A stretch of DNA of 63,910 nt, filler included, from Craspedostauros australis (lineage: Eukaryota), in the NCBI GenBank assembly GCA_030167865.1. It is 17 parts of 17 records of this genome, joined end to end, with 100 filler letters (N's around TTAATTAATTAA, not from the genome) between each part and the next. Parts side by side here need not be neighbours in the genome. Positions count along the whole stretch, not along the records: positions 8,789 to 21,575 come from JALAGF010006265.1; 16 more parts are not named here. One strand, 5' to 3'. Shown here piece after piece: positions 10,745 through 21,675 of this stretch (its first letter is position 1; each line of letters begins with the position of its first letter). A program made the position numbers and the translations under genes. The notes under the pieces were generated by a model. It was given only the letters and a program-made list of their open reading frames with translations, searched no databases and was not told the DNA's origin.

Positions 10745-13475
10745 TGGTGCTGTCTTCTGTGGAGTTCTCTCAGAGTCTCTATGTTGGTGAGCGTGGACGA
10801 GGGGTCGTGCCGACCTCCATCCACCCCAATCACACGATCTTCGTGATTTTTAGCGCAAGATCGTGTCATTGTGTCGTGGATGCCAGTTCGCATCAGATTT
10901 CTCGATCGGCAAAATGACCCGAACAGTGGACTGAGCCATTCGCATTCTCGTTTCCGCCCAATCCAACTTCGCCGAATGGGTGCATTGGACAACACACAAC
11001 AAGACGGGAAGAGAGCGCACAACTTGAACAAGATCAACAATCCAGTATTCCAACATCCGAAGCTAGGGAGGCTACATGTAGCCACCATACTCTGCTCTAC
11101 TTCATAGCTACTCAGCGTCAAACGTTATCGCCATCATCATCAGCATCGTTATAGTAAGTGATGTTTTCTTGCATGGAGCACTTCACACCGCTCTACATTA
11201 CTTCACCACTATGACCGACTTCATGACCACCATCATCTCACTCTTTGTTGATCACGTTTGTTCTGCTGCTGCTTGTTGCTTGTTCGTGATGGCGAGTCTG
11301 GCGTGAAGAGGAGCGTTGGTTTGACGGCGCCGATGACGATAGCTTGCAGCGCAGGGGCTGCGTACCCATGGATCTGTTCGCCGAAGGCTCATCTTCCGTG
11401 CTGTCGTTCCACCATGCAACGCTCGGCTTCTTGCCTGGAGCACACAAACTGAGAGCAAGAAGAGCTGTCACCGTTGCGCGTGCCACTGCTGCTGGAGGTA
11501 CTCGGCGTGTGTCCGAAGTTTCGGTTCGACGTCGCACGCTGATGCAACGGTGGAGGTGATTTTGGTGCGTCCAAGGGCGCGAAATCGTTCCTGGACGCCG
11601 AACGCAATCTACCAGATGTCGAACGCGAGGTAAATTTGGAACGATGCGATCGACATCTAGCTGGAGTGATCTTGCAGCGACAGACGCGGCTGGATGAGCC
11701 GAGTTCTGTGATGATTGAGACGGTGAAAGCCGATCACTTTCGTTCCACTCGTTTGGTAGATCGATGTGGGCTCGCCTGCCGCTTGTCGACGAGCTGCTCA
11801 TGATGCGGAAGATGCTGATGTTCAAGGAGGTTGGAGATTTCTGGTTGTCTAACACATGTTGCATTCGCGGCTTACATGGTAGTATCGTACATAGTCATAG
11901 CTATCTCGCTCATCCCTCAAGGGGATCGTTTCAAGCATGTCCAGCGATGACTGATTGAACGAATAGTCATCATCACAGGCTAATTCATTCATGTTGGCGG
12001 CATTGTTGCGGTGAGCTATTGTAGTTGTAAACAACAGTGTGCACTGTTTGGAGCTGCTTGAGGGTGACTCCATGACTCCCATGAGGATAGTGAAGACGGA
12101 GTCGACCAAGGAAGAGAGGGGGTGCCTCTGGAGGCTGTGGTGCCATCGGGACTGACAAGGGTGATCATTCCGTGAAGCACCAGAGTCCACCGAGCTGACG
12201 CTTGTTGCTCTCTTGCATCGTTCTTGGCCAATCATGCTGCTGCTGTTGGTGTTGCTCTTGTTTGTGATGTGCATGATATTCATTGATTTGCTGAGTTGCT
12301 TGCATCTGAGTTGTTGGTGATGCTGATGCAGATGCTGATTTGTGAGATGAGGACTGGCGGGAACGAAGAGATTTGAGGATCTCACACGATGAGGACGCCA
12401 CAAGATGGATGGGATTCATTGCCAATGCTGAGAGTAGCATCCATATACATTTGAACACCCTGGCACGATCGTTTGGATGTTGCGCAGGCGTTCGCCACAA
12501 GAAATCGATCTTGTTTGGCATCTTCAGGGACGTCGCAGGTTCTCAACTACAAAAGCACCTCCTGTTGTGGAGGGACCATTTTGTGTTGTTGCTGCAAGCA
12601 TCTGTGGATGTTGGTGCTCTCATCTATCGATGGCTCATGGGACAACCACTGTGGCAATATGAGTGATCGAATGCTGGAGTATCGGCATATGGAAACGGAG
12701 ATCATCCCATCCCTCCATCATCAGGAACGCCGATGACTCGCTGGTCAAACTTGTTGGGAACAAGATCGTTCAATCCACCGCCTTTATGCTTCCTCGTAGT
12801 AGTACAACGCATATTCCAGGTGCAGTTCTCAGGCAACCATGTTGCCGATTGGACTCCTTGGGGGATACGCGTACATCGTGACGTGCGATGGTTGCAATTG
12901 AGATTGTGATCATCTTGATGCTCCCTCCATCGCATCATCGCTGTTGGCGTCATCATCACTTTCGTGGTTGTTTCGAGTTGACGATCAGAGATCTCATTTG
13001 AACGCCTTTCTGACGTGTCCTTCTCATGAAAGAAGCTAATAAAGTGCTTCATTGACACACAGAATTCGTGGAATTGGGAACATCTCTGCACGCGCAACAG
13101 TGGTGAAGCGAGAATCGACGATTCCCATTTGTGGTGTTCTCGCGTTCGCAACAGCGATCTTGTGGGGTGTGTCGTGTTCTGTTCCTTCTTCTCGTTGTTG
13201 TGTGCGCCAGTTCGTGGTCAGCAAAAGGAAGGATCCGCACTCTCCAGACAGCGCTGGTGCCCTCTCCCGAACCAGGGTGCGATCAAGAAGTGGACAAACA
13301 GAGAAACGAGGAGAGAAACGGGAGGACATTGAAACGAGGCAACCGCACACACCGCTCAACCCCACACTCCAACACATCAACAACAGACATGTCATGGGTA
13401 GCTCGAACTCCACACTTCCTCGACAGTCAATCCAACGCCGATCGTCCAACATCACCCATCAACCATCCTCTCAAA

Positions 13476-16127
13476 ATGCCGAGTGTTACGAACCAACAAC
13501 TCATTAATGCTGTCAAGGCAGGTGACTTGTGGGTGTTGAAGGAATGGAAGAAGCAGAACAAGACGCAGAATGAAGGAGATGGTGTCAACTTCAAAACCAA
13601 CGATGACTACACTCCCCTTCATCACGCATGTGACAACGGCCACCTGGAGTGTGTCAAGTACCTCATCGAATCATGTGAGGCGAACATCAACTGCAAAAAC
13701 AACAAAGACAACACTCCTCTTCATCTGGCATGCTCCAACGGCCACCTGGAGTGTGTCAAGTACCTCATCGAATCATGTGAGGCTGACATCAACTGCAAAA
13801 ACAACGATGGCAACACTCCTCTTCATCTGGCATGCTCCAACGGCCACCTGGAGTGTGTGAAGTACCTCATCGAATCATGTGAGGCGGACATCAACTGCAA
13901 AGACAACGATGGTTTTGCTCCCCTTCATCATGCATGCTACAACAGCCACCTGGAGTGTGCCAAGTACCTCATCGAATCATGTGAGGCGGACATCAACTGC
14001 AAAAACAACGATGGTGAGACTCCCCTTCATCATGCATGCTACGACGGGCACCTGGAGTGTGTCAAGTACCTCATCGAATCATGTGAGGCGAACACCAACT
14101 GCAAAGACAACGATGGTTGCACTCCCCTTCATCAGGCATGCTACAACGGCCACCTGGAGTGTGTCAAGTACCTCATCGAATCATGTGAGGCAGACATCAA
14201 CTGCAAAGACAACAATGGTTCCACTACCCTTCATCACGCATGCTACAACGGCCACCTGGAGTGTGTCAAGTACCTCATCGAATCATGTGAGGCGGACATC
14301 AATTGCAAAGACAACAATGGTTGGACTCCCCTCCATTCGACATGCTCCAACGGCCACCTGGAGTGTGTCAAGTACCTCATCAAATCATGTGAGGCGAACA
14401 TCAACTGCAAAGACAACGATGGCGACATTCCCCTTCATCTGGCATGCTACAACGGCCAGCTGGAGTGTGTCAAGTACCTCATCGAATCATGTGAGGCGGA
14501 CATCAACTGCAAAAACAACAATGGCAACATTCCCCTTCATCTGGCATGCTGGAACGGCCACCTGGAGTGTGTCAAGTACCTCATCGAATCATGCAAGCCT
14601 GACATCAACTGCAAAAACAACGATGGCGACATTCCCCTTCATCACGCATGCTACAACGGGCACCTGGAGTGTGTCAAGTATCTCATCGAATCATGTGAGG
14701 CCAACATCAACTGCAAAACCAACGATGGCAACATTCCCCTTCATTTGGCATGCAACAACGGCCAGCTGGAGTGTGTGAAGTACCTCATCGAATCATGTGA
14801 GGCGGACATCAACTGCAAAAACAACAATGGTTCCACTCCCCTTCATCTGGCATGCTGCAACGGCCAGCTGGAGTGTGTTGCGTACCTCGTTGCATCAGCC
14901 AATGCCGATACCGATATTCAAAACAACAACGACAAAACCCCCCTCAATTTGATCGATGCAAAACTTCAAATGAAGATGATAAACCGCCTCTATCATCTGA
15001 GTTACTGCAACCCACAGCTGCAGCAGGAGTTGAAAGAGAATGAGCAGGAGAATGAACAACTGAAACAGCAGTTGAAATGGAAGGAGGAAGAGAAGAAACA
15101 GAAGGAGGAAGAGAATGAACAACTGAAACAGCAGTTGGAACAACAGTTGAAACAGGAGAAGGAAGAAATGCAACACATGCTCTCGAAAAGTCAACAGGAG
15201 AACAAACAACTGAAACAACAGCTGAAACAACATCTCAAGATCAGCATCGACCAAAATCGTCACGCTGCTTTTCGTACCGAGGCCATCGCAGACATTACCT
15301 TCCTGTGTGGACAAGGGGACGAACAACAATCAATCAAAGCAAACTCCGGAGTCCTCAGGGTCACTGTTCCATCCATTCAGACACTGATCAACAAAGGAAT
15401 CCAACATCAGCACACGAATGATGACACCGAAGACGGCGCGGTCCCCATCGAAACAACCATCCCTCTCCCCAACCTTCAACCAAAACACGTCCGATATGTC
15501 CTCCAATGCATCTACACCGGTGAGATATCCTTCGATGACAGCGCTCATAATGACAACGCTGCTGCTCACGTCAGCGCTCACATCGACGCTCACTCCAACT
15601 CACACCACGATACAAATGCCTCTCACCAGCCAACTCCCACCCTCACTGGACAGGACGATCTGCAACAGCTCATCCTTGTGGCCAACGAGTTCGGCTTCTG
15701 GCGACTCAAGCTTGTTCTTGAAGCAGAGTTGACCCGCAAGCATCTCACAGAGGACAGCATGATAGATGTGTTGATATTCGCCGATCAACACAACTGTGTG
15801 GTGTTGAAGGATGCAGCAATGAGAATGGCAGCTGAAAATGAGAACAAATTGTTCAGTCATCCGGATTCCAAGCAGCTATTTCATCACCCTCACCTAATGG
15901 GAGTCATTCATGACCTCTGCCATGGTAGAATGGAGAGTGACGGACTTGATGATGAGTACAGTGGCATGTCCATGATGGAGCTGTACAAGGTCATAGATGA
16001 GGACAAGGGTACAGAACAAGTGGATTCATACATGGATTGGGCAACATTGGTGGACTTCGTCCGCTCTCTGAGTACCAAATCATCCATAGTGGTTGAGACG
16101 GACAGTGCTGCTGCAGAAGAGGAGTGA
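13476..16127 (+). CDS. Ankyrin-repeat + coiled-coil + BTB/POZ domain protein (putative Cullin3 substrate adaptor)
   Basis: Likely ATG at 13476 (MPSVTNQQL). 13 ANK repeats of the form TPLHxACxNGHLECVKYLIESCEADINCK, a Q/E/K coiled coil at about 15015-15240, then BTB-like ADITFLCG..IKANSGVL..VLQCIYTG..LILVANEFG..LKLVLEAEL..VLIFADQHNCVVLKDAAM. Confidence 0.9.
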   Translation: MPSVTNQQLINAVKAGDLWVLKEWKKQNKTQNEGDGVNFKTNDDYTPLHHACDNGHLECVKYLIESCEANINCKNNKDNTPLHLACSNGHLECVKYLIESCEADINCKNNDGNTPLHLACSNGHLECVKYLIESCEADINCKDNDGFAPLHHACYNSHLECAKYLIESCEADINCKNNDGETPLHHACYDGHLECVKYLIESCEANTNCKDNDGCTPLHQACYNGHLECVKYLIESCEADINCKDNNGSTTLHHACYNGHLECVKYLIESCEADINCKDNNGWTPLHSTCSNGHLECVKYLIKSCEANINCKDNDGDIPLHLACYNGQLECVKYLIESCEADINCKNNNGNIPLHLACWNGHLECVKYLIESCKPDINCKNNDGDIPLHHACYNGHLECVKYLIESCEANINCKTNDGNIPLHLACNNGQLECVKYLIESCEADINCKNNNGSTPLHLACCNGQLECVAYLVASANADTDIQNNNDKTPLNLIDAKLQMKMINRLYHLSYCNPQLQQELKENEQENEQLKQQLKWKEEEKKQKEEENEQLKQQLEQQLKQEKEEMQHMLSKSQQENKQLKQQLKQHLKISIDQNRHAAFRTEAIADITFLCGQGDEQQSIKANSGVLRVTVPSIQTLINKGIQHQHTNDDTEDGAVPIETTIPLPNLQPKHVRYVLQCIYTGEISFDDSAHNDNAAAHVSAHIDAHSNSHHDTNASHQPTPTLTGQDDLQQLILVANEFGFWRLKLVLEAELTRKHLTEDSMIDVLIFADQHNCVVLKDAAMRMAAENENKLFSHPDSKQLFHHPHLMGVIHDLCHGRMESDGLDDEYSGMSMMELYKVIDEDKGTEQVDSYMDWATLVDFVRSLSTKSSIVVETDSAAAEEE
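13611..14936 (+). repeat. 13 x 102-bp coding tandem repeat (ankyrin array with high internal conservation)
   Basis: Exact 102-nt period. Framework codons are nearly identical in units 1-12; unit 13 diverges in its second half. Confidence 0.95.
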
Positions 16128-16585
16128 AGTGTCAGACCATTTCATACCATGCCATACCGTACCAGAAATCTTCCACAAGTGAACGCCTNNNNNNNNNNNN
16201 NNNNNNNNNNNNNNNNNNNNNNNNNNNNNNNNNNNNNNNNNNNNNNNNNNNNNNNNNNNNNNNNNNNNNNNNNNNNNNNNNNNNNNNNNNNNNNNNNNNN
16301 NNNNNNNNNNNNNNNNNNNNNNNNNNNNNNNNNNNGTATCGTTCACAGCGCGGTCTGGCTGGGCCGCGAGATACGCATGATCTTCTGTGAATGAATTGCA
16401 GATGATCCCGGTTGGCGTATGGCACGCTGCTGTGCATCATCATTTGCCAATGCGACATGATGAAGATGGTCCAGCCACCGCTGTCATCGTCGTGGTCGTC
16501 ATTGCCGATCATCTGGTTTCCGCATTTGTTTGTTTCGTTGGTGTGGAAGGAGGTGCGTGGAAAACGATGGTAGACCCCGCTGGCG

Positions 16586-17017
16586 TCATGCATGGCTTGT
16601 AGAACTCGAATCCAACGTGACAGAGCGGGATGTACTACGGCTGTCAGCTTGTTGGTGGTGGTGGTGCTGCAGTTCGTGCATGATGTCGCGCAGGGCACAA
16701 GCGCATGCCAACAGCTGCATGGTTTTCGATATGGCCGACAAAGATGACGAGCCATGGGAGAAGTTTCTGATGTCATTGCACACGATTTCAGTAATGGTGG
16801 ATCCGGTGAGACAGTGCCTCTGTCTCATCGTTTGCGGTTTGTGGCGGAGATGCATCTCTTTGAGCATCGGTATGAACAGGCGTGGCTGGTTGTGGTTCGT
16901 GTTGTGGAAACTGAGGAACATTTCCAAACTGATGGCTCTGCAGGTCTCGGGAAAGTCGCTGCGTTTGATCTCACGGATGTACCTGTCCAACATGTGCTGA
17001 ATCTCCGTTTCCGACAA
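16586..17017 (-). CDS. Hypothetical protein or gene fragment
   Basis: 143-aa ORF with protein-like composition and no recognisable domain. Confidence 0.25.
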   Translation of the reverse strand: MSETEIQHMLDRYIREIKRSDFPETCRAISLEMFLSFHNTNHNQPRLFIPMLKEMHLRHKPQTMRQRHCLTGSTITEIVCNDIRNFSHGSSSLSAISKTMQLLACACALRDIMHELQHHHHQQADSRSTSRSVTLDSSSTSHA

Positions 17018-17839
17018 CGCATCGTACGTTTATGTGCGTGCGCGCGGCTGCTGATGACTTGAATCCAGACCGCACCATGGGCCATGACATGCCTTGCCAT
17101 GACTGTTGGTTCTGTTGTTGGCGCTGCGATTTCCCATGTCCCAAGCTCTCCTCTACTCCGGAGCAGTTGGTGTGATATCTTCCTTTCTGATGTTTCTGAG
17201 CGATGTGGCACGTTGGAGATCGCTGTTCGTCGCCGCTTGCCATTCATCATCTGTATCAGCGTCATCATCATCGTCTCTTGCTCATGGTGGCCTTCGTTGA
17301 TTCTGGTTGGCGTGCCATATTTTGCGCAGCTGCTTCCTGCTTGATTGATTGCTTCATTGCTTCATTTCATCATTGCTTGAGGTTCAACGTCTCAGTGTTG
17401 GCTGATACCTCCATCAATGCAAACATAGTCATACCGTTTCATCTCTTTCTTGGTCTCTCTCTCTTTCTCTTTGTGTTGATGTTGTTTGATGGATCCTGGG
17501 TGCAAAATCGAAGATTCGTTGGTTTGGGTGACATCAAGAATCGTTGGCGCGTTTGTTGAGTACTCGTCTGTCTGCCACCCGTTGTTCAATCAACCAATGA
17601 CGCACACAAACACTCACAACGAACATCACCAATGCGTTGTCTTCATTCGACGCAACTCTGTTTGACGATGGCGATGGTGATGGCAACCGCTCCAATGACA
17701 CTGCATCCCTTCACATTGGTACCACCGACGCAAACACAAACACAAACAATCAGAAAAGATGATGAGTCATCGACATCCAAGAGGAACTGTGGGAAGGCTC
17801 GCCAGTTGCTCCGCACCTTGACCCACCCGTCATACGACT

Positions 17840-20095
17840 ATGAGTATTGCTATGGAACCTTCCATGACAACGATCTACTCTGGGAGTTGCCACAGCCAAG
17901 CGTCCAGCCTGATAGATACTCTGTTCGAACCTTCGTCCAGCCCGTGCGGGCATGCGATCATGACGATCGAAGTTGCTGGAAGAGGACGGTGTCAGACTGA
18001 TAGCGGAGAAGCAAACGGAGACCAAGCAACCGCAACAGGCCGACACGAAATCGAAGGCGGGCAAGCCCACCAGCGTCGCCAAAGAGGCCAAAGCAGCTGC
18101 AAAATCAGGTCGTCGTGCGAGTGTCAGCACAGATGCACCAAGCAGTGCCAATAGAAGTACAGCCAAAGATGCGAAAGCTTTGGCTGTGAAACGATCACGT
18201 GCGAAGAGTCTGGAGATGCTCGACATGCAAGCTCACGAGATGTCATTCAGCTCCCTTGATCCCAGCAAGTTCATCAACAACGAATCGATGCCGGTGCCAA
18301 ACACCCCAGGTGGACTCAGCTTCGCCACAGCCCCAGCACTCGGCGCAACCCGCGAATGGAGCAGCCAAGACAAGACGAAGCTTGCCCAGAGTCGGAGACG
18401 CAGGCCAAGGACACAACCGAATTCCAACGGAACGACCAGCAGCGCCAAATCGAGGAGCAAGAGTTTGGAATTCTCGAATGACAGACACAACATGCCAGGC
18501 ACAATAGGCGCGATGAGCGCAGCCAGCACCCCGACTCTATCCCGGGTTGCGACAACGAAGAAGTCACGCAGCAAGCGCCTGGAGTGACTGTTCAATCTGC
18601 CAAGTCTCCACGACGACGATGGCAGCGTCGATGTTGCGACAAGTGTTGCTGCAACGAACGGTGGGAGAAGCTCCGCGGCTCATGTCACGCCTGGAGGTCG
18701 GAGCGCGGCATCTACACCAGCCCCCTTTCCCTTCAGCCACATACATGAATAGAGACAACAGTCTTGGTCGTTGAACAAGCGCAGGTCGACGTTGGAAAGC
18801 ATCCTCAAGGCCAAACGATCATCATTACGTGAAGTGTCGTCAACCAATCCTCCCAAATCGAAGCAGCGGCCATCTCTCGAATCCCGACCATCGCAATTGG
18901 CCGATCTTGCCTTGACCAAAGCATCCGCAACGGCATCATCATCATCATCATCATCATCGCTGTCATCATCACAGCCCAAATCCAAACTCAATCTTCAACA
19001 GTTCGAACGCGAACATGAACATGGAGGTGTCTCGGCCACAACCCCAAGCCCTATCCAGTCCTGGAGCCTTGAGTTTGGGAATCGAATTGCAATCGAGCAA
19101 GAAGGACCGGGTGATTCCTTCTCACAACAGATCTGCACGCAGTTCGTTGCGCCCAAGTGAAGACTCAAAGCAACGACCTTCACGCGGACGAAGCACGGGT
19201 GCTCTGCGCGATGAGAAGCGATCAAGGAAAGGATCTCCAAGGTGCTTGGCAATGGGTCCCGACGTCACCATTCCAGCAAAACAAGAGGCGTGTCATCACC
19301 ATCGAGTTCATCATCGCCACGGCATCGGCGGAGAAGCGCACAACACACCAGTGGCACGCCGCACTCGATATCGTCAAGATCAAAGAATGTGGAGCATTCG
19401 CCATCATTGCGTCATCGTCGTGACGGAGCAATTCACACTTCCTCTTCTGGAAGAAGCCGCTGCTCGCCATTGGCGTGGAGTCGTCGAAGCTCGTCCGACC
19501 GCGGCCGCAGAAGAACTGCGCAAGTATCGATGGACTCATCGCCATCATCGCGACGCCAATGAACATCTGGCAGTTCGGATGATATGAACGCAGCCTCACG
19601 TTCACGCGAAACCAACTCAAATGCGCACTCCACCGGTACTGGTTTGCAACGGCGCAAGGGCTCACCTTCCCGAAGCATGACCGAGGAAGTTCGCGAAGAC
19701 CAAATCAACGTGGCCATAGCCAATCGACACCATGTGGCGAAGATCAGCGAAGGAGGTTCTCCGATGAACGATCACCATCGGCGCGACAACGAAACAGATC
19801 AAGAGGATATCGAAATTACAGCGTCGAACGGCATAGCAATGAGAGAGATGAAGATGGACGGCATTGCAACAAACATTCGTCATCACGCGGGGCCCTTCAA
19901 TCAAATTGCCGTGGACGAAGCAGATCGTCAACTCGCGATGCTGTCTACCATGAGAAGCTGTCCGGCACAAAGCCACTGCAACTCACACCAAAGAAAGTGG
20001 TCAGGAACAAGAGCGCGTCTCAGTGCTGCCATCCCTTGATGAATGGTACCAAAACTCCCACCCGTGATGCATCACGACATGATGGGATGGAATGA
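17840..20095 (+). pseudogene. Decayed Ser/Arg-rich low-complexity gene
   Basis: ORFs at 17973, 18771, 19242 and 19584 share one frame, separated by stops (TGA 18585, TAG 18750 and others). Neighbouring frames give better-reading segments, implying frameshifts as well. An internal SRxKSLE motif recurs. Confidence 0.5.
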
Positions 20096-20505
20096 GATGG
20101 ATGGGCCGCTCCGTATTTGTATCATACTCATAGAGGTATGGTAGATCCACATCCCTGTATGTAATACACCTACGAATAAACTGTAATGCTCTGTTATATG
20201 TAGGATTGGAACAGTACCGCATACACTATATCTGCTTGTGCAATAGAACGCTGTGATGAAGTCACCAGATGTGTCAAGAGATTGAAGGGTTGGATACTGC
20301 TCCCACGCTGCCTCTGCCTTGTCTACGACTACTCGTGTGCGCCCTCTGTGGTATATACGCACACAAGGATGTTGCCGATGTCATTCACAAGCAGATTGGA
20401 CGTCCGTGGTTCCATCCACACTCCGCCATCAGCATCATTGTTGGTTCGTTGCGCAGACAAAGGACGAATGGCAGCAGCATTATCACAAGCCGTGCGGTCG
20501 TCACC

Positions 20506-20895
20506 ATGCCGCCGGATTCACACCCAGTGCACTCCACTCCAAGTCACACTGCCAAGAAGAATGAAAGCAACAGTGCCGATGCCAGCCGATCCAAGTTGCT
20601 GGAAGAGGCGATCTACGAAGAGCACATGGCGAACAAGGCAGAGAGAAATGGTGAGAAGCCGCGAGGAGCATGGTTGGTACGCGATTCCATCGACCGTCCC
20701 GCATCGCGCTATTGTCCTCATCTCTCCATGAGTTGCACTCCCACCATTGCGCCCAAACTGCAGTTGAGACCCTCACCAAGTCCCAGGTGGAGCGATCACT
20801 CGCCGTTGGAGAAACAAATGCCAGGGTCACCATCCATTCCAATCTTCAAAGCGACCAGTGCCAGCGTGGCGGAAATACAAGAACCAACGAGGTAG
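20506..20895 (+). CDS. Small hypothetical protein (MPPDSHPVHS..)
   Basis: Pro/Ser-rich ORF lying within a 208-codon open frame; no domain recognised. Confidence 0.25.
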   Translation: MPPDSHPVHSTPSHTAKKNESNSADASRSKLLEEAIYEEHMANKAERNGEKPRGAWLVRDSIDRPASRYCPHLSMSCTPTIAPKLQLRPSPSPRWSDHSPLEKQMPGSPSIPIFKATSASVAEIQEPTR

Positions 20896-21675
20896 CGCAG
20901 TCCAAGCATCCAGCCAGCTTGGTGAGCAAAAGAAGAAACCAACGAGCCAATGAACCAACGAGCAACCCCATGCAGAGTGCGAGTACTGTATTGTGGATCA
21001 TGGTTGACACAGAGATCCATTTTGGTACAAGAAGCACACGGTCAGCGATCCATGGCCCATGGATACCGTACACCTACATATCCTCCTTTGTGGTGCTCCC
21101 AACTTCGTTCGTGAGGCGGATGTTCCTGTCGATCGCCTTGATTGAGCATCGATGCTCTGGAAGTCACGAGCCAAGACAGCGGCACTCATGCCTATGGATA
21201 GAATGCGCATGGGTATTGTGTGTTGGTAATGAAGAGAAGTGGTCAAGCGGGTCGGCCACAAACCGGTAGGGAAGCAGAACAGCAACCGAACGTGTCAAAG
21301 ATCGAAGGCACGTGCACACCACGCGCACACCACGCGCACACCACGCACAGACCAAAGCAGCAGCAAAGCAGCGAAACAGCAGCGAAACGAAGAAAAGACA
21401 AACACAAACGAGATCGCCCAAAACAAAAACAAAGACTTCGGTCATAATCCGTTCAGACGATCCTTTCACCATCACTTGACACCACTTTCGCTTCAATAGT
21501 TTATCGACCTTTCGCTCCGTCCTCGTCTCTTCTTGGCTTTCGACCTTCGCGCCCGACGCTCTGCCCGCCGTCTCCNNNNNNNNNNNNNNNNNNNNNNNNN
21601 NNNNNNNNNNNNNNNNNNNTTAATTAATTAANNNNNNNNNNNNNNNNNNNNNNNNNNNNNNNNNNNNNNNNNNNN

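Noticed and set aside
10800..13100. Numerous 60-200 aa ORFs here and at 42931-45900
   Set aside because: No recognisable domain, consistent strand or splice structure. I treated them as intergenic or unidentifiable decayed sequence.
13570..14778. Thr/Ser-rich alternative-frame ORFs over the ankyrin array
   Set aside because: These are shadow frames produced by the 102-bp repeat and codon bias.
13611..14936. Diversity-generating retroelement acting on the ankyrin array
   Set aside because: There is no template/variable repeat pair and the variation is not adenine-specific. The RTs in the window are Copia or LINE type and on other scaffolds.
3871..16127. NTPase and ankyrin-BTB gene as a physically linked immune cluster
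   Set aside because: They are separated by a scaffold linker at 8689-8788, so linkage cannot be inferred.
17973..19562. TGA reassignment or stop-codon readthrough
   Set aside because: A TAG and apparent frameshifts also interrupt the frame, and the intact ANK-BTB gene ends in TGA. Decay is the simpler explanation.
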